Part shown: one piece after another, positions 57,169 to 64,000 of the stretch
Numbering within the stretch: position 1 is the stretch's first letter
Layout of the letters: every line of letters starts with the position of its first letter
Assembly (NCBI GenBank): GCA_043760135.1
Contig: JAYUPL010000014.1
Coordinates: forward strand, 25,347-89,346
DNA from: Candidatus Parcubacteria bacterium
Lineage (GTDB): Bacteria; Patescibacteriota; Minisyncoccia; Phycocordibacterales; CAIZLB01
DNA length: 64,000 nucleotides
Reading direction: 5' to 3'
Translations under genes and position numbers: made by a program
The notes under the pieces: generated by a model
What the model was told of the DNA's origin: nothing
What the model saw: only the letters and a program-made list of their open reading frames with translations
The model's database searches: none

Positions 57169-57687
57169 ATGGCTACTAAAAAAGTATCAACTATTCAAAT
57201 TAAAAAAGAACCCGTACAAGTTCTGAGACCATCTTGGGACGAATATTTTATGGAGCTTGTGGAAACAACAGGACATCGAGCAACTTGCAACAGAGGGAGA
57301 TCGGGATGTGTGATTGTAAAAGATAAAAGAATTTTAACTACAGGGTATGTAGGATCTCCTATGGGGGCGAAACATTGTGATGAAGTTGGACATGAGATGC
57401 ATAAAGTAACGCATGATGATGGTACAGAAACGATGCATTGCATCAGAACGATTCATGCAGAACAAAATGCATTGATACAAGCATCACGTGTTGGAGTATC
57501 ACTTCAAGGTTCAACTTTATATTGTACAATGACACCATGTTATACCTGTGCGAAGTTAATTATTAACGCCGGTATTATTCGTGTTGTTGCAAAGCAAGAT
57601 TATCAGTCAGCACTTCAAACAAAAAGAATTTTCAAAGAGACAAAGGTGAAGCTTGAGATACAAGATAAAAATATTACAAAATATTAA
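57169..57687 (+). CDS. comEB: dCMP deaminase (ComEB-type)
   Basis: HAEQNAL and PCYTCAKLI zinc-binding motifs. Confidence 0.8.
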   Translation: MATKKVSTIQIKKEPVQVLRPSWDEYFMELVETTGHRATCNRGRSGCVIVKDKRILTTGYVGSPMGAKHCDEVGHEMHKVTHDDGTETMHCIRTIHAEQNALIQASRVGVSLQGSTLYCTMTPCYTCAKLIINAGIIRVVAKQDYQSALQTKRIFKETKVKLEIQDKNITKY

Positions 57688-57698
57688 TTTTTAAATAT

Positions 57699-58124
57699 AT
57701 GCAATTAAAATTTAAAAAAATTCATCCTAATGCAAAAATACCAAGTTATGCTTATACAGGGGATGCAGGTTTGGATTTATATATTCCAGAAGATTTACTT
57801 TTTAAAAAAAAAGAAAGAAAATCGATTGCTCTTGGAATAGCTATTGAGATACCTGAGGGATATGTAGGAATATTGTTTGATAAAAGTGGATTGTCACACA
57901 AACATGGTTTAAAAAGTTATGGTGGTATTATCGATTCTGGATATAGAGGAGAGGTTCATGTAGGTATGATGAATTTGTCAGATAAGGATTATGAATTTAA
58001 GGCAGGAGATAAGATTATACAGATACTAATCATGCCGGTTCTTCAGGCTCAGGTTGTTGAGTGTGAACAATTGTCAGAATCAGATCGAGGTGAGGGGGCA
58101 TTTGGTAGTAGTGGAAATAAATAA
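57699..58124 (+). CDS. dut: dUTP diphosphatase
   Basis: AYTGDAGLDLY and IDSGYRGEV. Confidence 0.9.
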   Translation: MQLKFKKIHPNAKIPSYAYTGDAGLDLYIPEDLLFKKKERKSIALGIAIEIPEGYVGILFDKSGLSHKHGLKSYGGIIDSGYRGEVHVGMMNLSDKDYEFKAGDKIIQILIMPVLQAQVVECEQLSESDRGEGAFGSSGNK

Positions 58125-58139
58125 AAATAAAACATATAC

Positions 58140-58820
58140 ATGACAAAATCAATACACATTGCAATAGAAGGAACGGACTGTTCAGGAAAAGCCACTCAGA
58201 CACAAAAATTAAAAGAAAGATTTGTAGCTTCAGGTGCACCAACTGAAGTCTTTGCATTCCCAAGATACGGAGAGCCTGCATGTGTATTAGTTGAAAAATA
58301 TTTGCATGGAGAATATGGTACTGCTGTTGAAGTTGGCCCATTTGCAGGTTCGATGTTTTATGCAGCTGATAGATATGATGCCTCATTTGCTATTAGAAAA
58401 AATCTGGACGCAGGAACAAACGTTATTTGTGATAGATTTACATCTTCAAACATGGGGCATCAAGCAGGGAAGATTGATGATCTAACTGAACGAGATGCAT
58501 ATCTTGAATGGTTGGATAATCTAGAGTTTAAACTTTTAAATATTCCAAGACCAGATAAAATAGTTTTTTTGTATGTACACCCTGAGATCAGTCAAAAACT
58601 TATGGCAGAGCGTGCTGATAAAGATTATTTGAAAGGAAAGAAAAAAGATATTCATGAAGCAGACATGGATCACTTAATGAAGGCATCAAATGCGTTTTTA
58701 TATGTAGCGAAGAAATATAATTGGATTGTGATTGATTGTGCACCGGAGGGTGAGCTTTTGAGTATTGATACCATACATGAGATGGTGTGGAAAGGGGTGA
58801 ATTCAAGAATGCGTAGTTGA
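58140..58820 (+). CDS. tmk: thymidylate kinase
   Basis: P-loop IAIEGTDCSGKATQ, DRFTSSNMGHQ and lid region. Confidence 0.75.
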   Translation: MTKSIHIAIEGTDCSGKATQTQKLKERFVASGAPTEVFAFPRYGEPACVLVEKYLHGEYGTAVEVGPFAGSMFYAADRYDASFAIRKNLDAGTNVICDRFTSSNMGHQAGKIDDLTERDAYLEWLDNLEFKLLNIPRPDKIVFLYVHPEISQKLMAERADKDYLKGKKKDIHEADMDHLMKASNAFLYVAKKYNWIVIDCAPEGELLSIDTIHEMVWKGVNSRMRS

Positions 58821-58850
58821 CTAATTTTATAGAGGTGGTATTTTGAGAGA

Positions 58851-59384
58851 GTGAGCACTACAAAAAATACAATATTTGATATTTCAAGCCCAGACGTTGC
58901 TGTGCAAAAGACCGTTTTTGATCAGCTTGTTGGATTGGACTTTTTACAGGCTAATCCTATTCGTACTAAGGATCATGTATATACGATGAATAGTTTTTTA
59001 CACTACGGCCAAGGTCATCATTCTGTATTGAATGCCGCCAGTCAAGTTTTAAGTTCAACCAATCCGATTCATATAAGCTGTGGATTGTTTGCAGATTTCT
59101 TTGTGGAAATGGAAAATTCCGAACTTAAACACAAGCCCAATTCAGCGGCCGAGGCTGTTCGGGCTTTGAAAAGAGAAGTTCTAAGTTTGATCAGAATTGT
59201 TCATATCCATATCAAATCGGATTGCATTCACAATCTGACAAGAAGGATGGCATTGAATATATGGCATCAGAGCATCGATTATCGTAATCCAAATGAAAGG
59301 TGGTTGACGTTCGAGACTTTGGACATTGATTTGATCTCTAAGCAAATACTGCAGTACATACGGGAATCAGAAGTACCTGCCTAA
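58851..59384 (+). CDS. hypothetical protein (GC-elevated)
   Basis: 177-aa ORF followed by a strong terminator. Confidence 0.4.
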   Translation: MSTTKNTIFDISSPDVAVQKTVFDQLVGLDFLQANPIRTKDHVYTMNSFLHYGQGHHSVLNAASQVLSSTNPIHISCGLFADFFVEMENSELKHKPNSAAEAVRALKREVLSLIRIVHIHIKSDCIHNLTRRMALNIWHQSIDYRNPNERWLTFETLDIDLISKQILQYIRESEVPA

Positions 59385-59397
59385 TTTACATTTCACC

Positions 59398-59430
59398 AAA
59401 GCTGGTCCCACCCCGGGACCGGCTTTTTTT
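59398..59430 (+). terminator. rho-independent terminator ggtccc-acccc-gggacc + T8
   Basis: GC stem followed by tttttttt. Confidence 0.65.
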
Positions 59431-59450
59431 ACTACCCCAATTCTGATATA

Positions 59451-61199
59451 GTGAACTATATGTTACCCATCGCCTTGCAGATAAAAACCCACTGTATTTC
59501 ATTCCTTAAAACGAACGATATGACAGACGAAGATATACAAAAAATAAAATTTACAGTCGATATAAATAAAGATATTGATAGGGGGGATCTCTATACTAAC
59601 TTTGCTTTAGTGGCTTCAAAAACGTTCAATCAGAACCCTATTGTGATTGCTATCAATCTGGCAGAATATTTACATCAACAACTCGATAAAAATATTTTCA
59701 AAAAAGTAGAGGCGGCTGATTCTTATGTAAATTTTTATTTAGTTGATGATTTTCAAACATCGATAGGGAAAATAAACCATCCAGAATTTACTGGAAAAAA
59801 AATAGCTTACGAATATACTGATCCAAACCCAATGAAAGAATTTCATATTGGGCATCTTATGTCGAACACTATAGGAGAAGCCGTCTCTCGTCTAGGGGAA
59901 ATTGCCGGTGCGGAAATAAAAAGATATTCATATCAAGGAGACACAGGTCGTCACTTGGCAATTACTATGTGGGGACTTCGTTATATGAAAAATCCTTGGC
60001 CTGATGCGGAAGGTATGACTATAACTGATAAAGTAAAATTTTTAGGACAAGCCTATGTGATAGGAAATATAAAACTTGCTGAAGCAAAAGAGAAAGGTGA
60101 GGAAGAATACTCTCGTGTGATGACTGAGATAGAAATTATGAATCAAAAGATTTATGATCGGTCTGATGAAGATGTGAATACGTTATATGATCAAGGAAAA
60201 GAATGGTCTTTGCAAAAGTTTGAGCAATTGTATGAAGTGCTTGGAACAAAATTTGATCATTATTTTTTCGAAAGTCAGACAGCTCCTATTGGCCTAAAGA
60301 TTGTTACGGATAATCTTAATGCAACTTCAAGTATATTTACCAAAGGTGAAAATGATGCAATTATATTTGTAGGTGAAGCTTATGGTTTACATACTCGTGT
60401 GTTTATAAACGCCAAAGGAATTCCAACTTATGAAACAAAAGAGATGGGTCTGGCTCAGATGAAATATGATTTGTGGAACTTTGATCGGAGTATTGTCCTA
60501 ACTGCCAATGAGCAAAATGAAGTGTTTAAAGTAACAAATAAGACAATCACTCTTTTGATGCCGGAGATTGGTTCAAAGATGGAACATTTGGGACACGGTA
60601 TGATGAGTTTTGTTGGAGTGAAAATGAGTTCACGAACAGGAAAGATCTTAGCAGGAGATGAGTTGCTGGAAGATATGATGGCGAGCTCATATGAGAAAAT
60701 GGCAGAGCGTGATATGACAGAAGAAGAAAAACAAGATGTGTCAAAAGACATTGCAGTTGCAGCGATCAAGTTTTCTATACTCAAACAAAACTTTAGAAAA
60801 AACATTATTTTTGATAAAGAGAAAGCATTGTCATTGGAAGGAGATTCAGGTCCGTATATACAATATGCAATTGTGCGTATTAATTCTATTGAGAAAAAAA
60901 CAGAAGGATTGTCTGTTTCTGTCGTGAAAAATGAAATGTCTCCTGAGGCAGAAAATCTACGGCGAACATTGTGGAGATTTAATCATATGTGTTACAAAGC
61001 GATTGATGAATTTGCCCCACAATATATCGCACAGTATCTTATTGATCTGGCTTCAAGGTTCAATACTTTTTACAACAAGAATAAAATTATAGAGGATGAG
61101 AAGGTAAGTAAAGAATTATTGGATCTGTGTGTAAAAACTAGAGATATATTGACACAAGGGTTGACAACACTTGGGATACGGGTGGTTTCGAAGATGTAA
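59451..61199 (+). CDS. argS: arginine--tRNA ligase
   Basis: Class I HIGH motif (FHIGHLMSNTIGEA) and C-terminal DALR anticodon-binding region. Confidence 0.85.
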   Translation: MNYMLPIALQIKTHCISFLKTNDMTDEDIQKIKFTVDINKDIDRGDLYTNFALVASKTFNQNPIVIAINLAEYLHQQLDKNIFKKVEAADSYVNFYLVDDFQTSIGKINHPEFTGKKIAYEYTDPNPMKEFHIGHLMSNTIGEAVSRLGEIAGAEIKRYSYQGDTGRHLAITMWGLRYMKNPWPDAEGMTITDKVKFLGQAYVIGNIKLAEAKEKGEEEYSRVMTEIEIMNQKIYDRSDEDVNTLYDQGKEWSLQKFEQLYEVLGTKFDHYFFESQTAPIGLKIVTDNLNATSSIFTKGENDAIIFVGEAYGLHTRVFINAKGIPTYETKEMGLAQMKYDLWNFDRSIVLTANEQNEVFKVTNKTITLLMPEIGSKMEHLGHGMMSFVGVKMSSRTGKILAGDELLEDMMASSYEKMAERDMTEEEKQDVSKDIAVAAIKFSILKQNFRKNIIFDKEKALSLEGDSGPYIQYAIVRINSIEKKTEGLSVSVVKNEMSPEAENLRRTLWRFNHMCYKAIDEFAPQYIAQYLIDLASRFNTFYNKNKIIEDEKVSKELLDLCVKTRDILTQGLTTLGIRVVSKM

Positions 61200-61433
61200 A
61201 CGGACATAGAGTGTACGAGTGTCAATTTGCTTTTTTTAAATGCGGATGGTGATTAAGTAAATAATTTCACATAGTTTACTGTTTACTATAAACTATAAAC
61301 TATTATTAAAATCTATATAAACACTGTCCTCAAATTATGAAAAAATACCCTATTCGCTGTTTCTTAAAAAATCAGAGTAGTTCCCAAGATGTAGGTTTTG
61401 TGCTTAAATAGAACTGTCTAACATTTAAAAATT

Positions 61434-61832
61434 ATGAACATAGAAAAACATCTCCCGTATTGGCATAAAGGTAGGTATTATCCCAATCGCTTTGAAATAA
61501 AACCTGCACTTCATCTTGGGGGATGGCAACATCCTGATCAGCACGGCACCGTTTCAAGACCTAATGGTCATGAGATTATTCGCATACTAGAAGCTCGCTT
61601 CCTTCACCGTGTTATCGGTTTGGTAACTTTGATACATTATCAGAAATTCCCTAAAACACGTCCAGTCATTTTTCAAAATATTCACATGTGTGGCTGGCTT
61701 GATATAGTTCTTGGTTCACATAGTGACAGAATCTTTGTTCCAACCTTGACCCCTCAAAACAAGATTCATTGGATGGATCTCAACAGTGGATTCAATTGTT
61801 TGGACTTTATTCCACTTCGACGCGCTACTTGA
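61434..61832 (+). CDS. hypothetical protein (GC-rich outlier between argS and lysS)
   Basis: 132-aa ORF, GC near 45%. Confidence 0.4.
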   Translation: MNIEKHLPYWHKGRYYPNRFEIKPALHLGGWQHPDQHGTVSRPNGHEIIRILEARFLHRVIGLVTLIHYQKFPKTRPVIFQNIHMCGWLDIVLGSHSDRIFVPTLTPQNKIHWMDLNSGFNCLDFIPLRRAT

Positions 61833-61919
61833 TTGGTCTACTATTTTTTTCGCCTACCTAGGTCACTGTTGACCTTGGAGGCGATTATTTTTTTACTCAA
61901 TTTATGCTAAACTGCACTC

Positions 61920-63383
61920 ATGACATCAATCGAAGACATTCGCGACCAACGAGTAGAAAAGGTAAAACTTATACAAGACAAAGGACTAGAAGCTTTTCCG
62001 GTTAAATCAAATATAAACACAACCAATGCGGAATTTACAGATTCTTTTAAAGATCTTTTGGATTCTCAAAAAGAGATAATTACAGGAGGAAGAATTATTT
62101 CAGTTCGTGGACAAGGAAAACTTGGTTTTGTTGATCTTATTGACGGTACATCTGAGAAAGTACAATGTTTTCTATCTTTAGAAAATTTGGGTGAGGAATG
62201 TATTACAGATTTTTTTGAATTAATTGATACAGGGGATTTTATAGAATTCACTGGAAATGCTTATGTGACAAAAAGAGAAACGAATGCACTTTCAGTGACT
62301 GGGTGGAGATTGTTATCAAAGAGTTTGAGGCCGATTCCAGATTCATTTTATGGAATAGAAGATGAAGATGAGAGATACAGAAAGCGATATCTGGATTTTA
62401 TTTTAAATAAAGATAATCGAGATATGATGAAGAGACGAAGTATGTTCTGGAATACTATCCGTACATTTTTATTACAAAGAGATTATATTGAAGTAGAAAC
62501 TCCTGTACTGGAGAATACTACTGGCGGGGCAGATGCTCGACCTTTTACAACTCATCACAATGCGCTTGATATGGATGTGTATTTGAGAATATCAGCAGGT
62601 GAACTATGGCAGAAGAGATTATTGATTGCAGGACTTCCTAAAACTTTTGAAATAGGACGTATTTTTAGAAATGAAGGAATGTCTGCTGAACATGCGCAAG
62701 ACTATACTCAAGTAGAATTTTATGAGGCATACTCTGATTTTACAAAAGGTATGCAAATGACAAGAGAGTTATATATCAAGATTGGAAAAGAAGTTTACGG
62801 AAAAACAACTTTTGAAAATAAAGGACTTACATTTGATTTAAAAGATGAATGGTCAATATATGATTTCTCAAAAATTATTGAAGAAAAATATAATATCGAT
62901 ATTCACAATACAAATGTTGATGAAGTAGAAAAAGAATTAAAAAATAATGAAGTTGAGTATGATAAAAAAACTTTGTCTGTAGAAAGGGGAATAGACTTAT
63001 TGTGGAAGAAGGTGAGAAAAACTTTAGCTGGTCCTGGGTTCCTTGTTGGTATTCCGGTATACCTTGAGCCGTTAGCTAAGAAATCAAAAACAGATGAGAG
63101 AGTAGTAGAAAGATTCCAGGTTATACTAGCTGGATCTGAAGTTGGAAAAGGATTTTCAGAATTGAACGATCCGATCGATCAAAGAGAGAGATTTATGGCA
63201 CAACAAGCTTTGAGAGATGCTGGAGATGATGAGGCACAGATGGCTGATCTCGAATATGTGGAGGCGATGGAATACGGTATGCCACCAGCATTTGGTTTTG
63301 GTGTATCAGAAAGATTATTTTCATTTCTTGAGGGTAAATCAGTGAGAGAATGTCAGGCATTTCCATTGATGAGGAAGAGATAA
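61920..63383 (+). CDS. lysS: lysine--tRNA ligase (class II)
   Basis: N-terminal OB anticodon-binding domain, motif 2 FRNEGMSAEHAQDYTQVEFYEAY and motif 3 GFGVSERL. Confidence 0.85.
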   Translation: MTSIEDIRDQRVEKVKLIQDKGLEAFPVKSNINTTNAEFTDSFKDLLDSQKEIITGGRIISVRGQGKLGFVDLIDGTSEKVQCFLSLENLGEECITDFFELIDTGDFIEFTGNAYVTKRETNALSVTGWRLLSKSLRPIPDSFYGIEDEDERYRKRYLDFILNKDNRDMMKRRSMFWNTIRTFLLQRDYIEVETPVLENTTGGADARPFTTHHNALDMDVYLRISAGELWQKRLLIAGLPKTFEIGRIFRNEGMSAEHAQDYTQVEFYEAYSDFTKGMQMTRELYIKIGKEVYGKTTFENKGLTFDLKDEWSIYDFSKIIEEKYNIDIHNTNVDEVEKELKNNEVEYDKKTLSVERGIDLLWKKVRKTLAGPGFLVGIPVYLEPLAKKSKTDERVVERFQVILAGSEVGKGFSELNDPIDQRERFMAQQALRDAGDDEAQMADLEYVEAMEYGMPPAFGFGVSERLFSFLEGKSVRECQAFPLMRKR

Positions 63384-63443
63384 AGAAAAGATAAAGATGT
63401 TAAGACACAGCATGAGTTTTTTGTCTTTGATATTATATCCTTC

Positions 63444-64000
63444 ATGAAGCAAAACATAAAAATATTTGAAGACAATAACATACGAAGGGTGTATGATGAA
63501 AAATCAGAAAAGTGGTATTTTTCAGTAGTTGATATTATTGCAGTATTAGTTGATCAAAAAAATTTCAAACTTGCCCAAAATTATTGGAAAGTGCTTAAAA
63601 ATCGTTTAAATAAAGAAGAAAGTCAGTTGGTTACAATTTGTAACCAACTGAAAATGCAGTCTTCAGATGGTAAATATTATCTAACAGACACTATGGATGT
63701 AGAATCTCTACTTCGACTTGTTCAATCCGTTCCATCACCCAAAGCCGAGCCTATCAAACTTTGGCTCGCCAAGGTTGGATATGAACGGATGCAAGAAACT
63801 GTAGATCCAGAAAGATCCATAAATCGTGCCCGCAAAAATTGGAAAAATGCAGGCATGGATGAAAAATGGATACAGCAACGCATGTTTAGTCAAGAGACTC
63901 GAAACAAGCTTACTGACTATTGGTCAAATAATGAAGTTAAAGAAGGAAAGGAATACGCCATTTTAACAAATATCATTCACAAAGAATGGTCAGACTTGTC
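63444..64000 (+). CDS. Bro-N domain protein (DinD-like), second paralog; 3' end beyond window
   Basis: KIFEDNNIRRVYDEKSEKWYFSVVDIIAVL and SVPSPKAEPIKLWLAK parallel the protein at 27426..28250. Confidence 0.65.
   Translation, partial: MKQNIKIFEDNNIRRVYDEKSEKWYFSVVDIIAVLVDQKNFKLAQNYWKVLKNRLNKEESQLVTICNQLKMQSSDGKYYLTDTMDVESLLRLVQSVPSPKAEPIKLWLAKVGYERMQETVDPERSINRARKNWKNAGMDEKWIQQRMFSQETRNKLTDYWSNNEVKEGKEYAILTNIIHKEWSDL

Noticed and set aside
1-64000. Alternative genetic code (UGA read as an amino acid), as seen in some low-GC candidate phyla
   Set aside because: Long conserved genes (fusA, argS, lysS, recJ, pgk, glyA) are uninterrupted under the standard code, with conserved motifs in frame.

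Overview
This is a compact, low-GC (about 30%) bacterial chromosomal segment of roughly 100 genes, read with the standard genetic code (long ORFs such as EF-G are intact, so there is no UGA recoding). Recognisable housekeeping genes include a trigger factor 3' fragment, an RRM/RGG RNA-binding protein, tpiA-pgk, recJ-rnhA, sodA, glyA, rpsL-rpsG, fusA-rpsT, secE-nusG-rplK, uppP, comEB-dut-tmk, argS, lysS, folD, dgkA, a PAP2 phosphatase, ruvX and a CsaA-like tRNA-binding protein. There are two type IV pilus loci (pilC plus four prepilin-like genes including a 597-aa giant; a pilM/N/O-like block), and a ComEC split into two genes with sodA between them. I identify five tRNAs: Arg-GCG, Ser-TGA, Arg-TCT, Val-TAC and Leu-GAG. 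Many genes are hypothetical, several with clearly elevated GC. Gene content and organisation (rplK not followed by rplA, fusA followed by rpsT rather than tuf, split ComEC, pili, many small unknown genes) suggest a reduced, possibly Patescibacteria/CPR-like genome, but this is an inference only. The main accessory features are as follows. (1) A ~7 kb island sits between rpsG and fusA, carrying TrhO-like, class II Fic, TrmB-like, Bro-N/DinD-like and thioesterase genes. (2) A ~65-nt conserved element occurs twice in inverted orientation with a covarying central hairpin, bracketing the pilus/glycolysis block. (3) A degenerate 3'-tRNA repeat lies next to tRNA-Arg. (4) Two convergent tRNAs bound a 2.7 kb peptidase/CapA cassette and share an inverted 29-nt trailer motif. 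(5) An extra divergent deaminase plus a GC-rich partner sit beside tRNA-Ser. (6) A TrmB-family regulator appears frameshifted.
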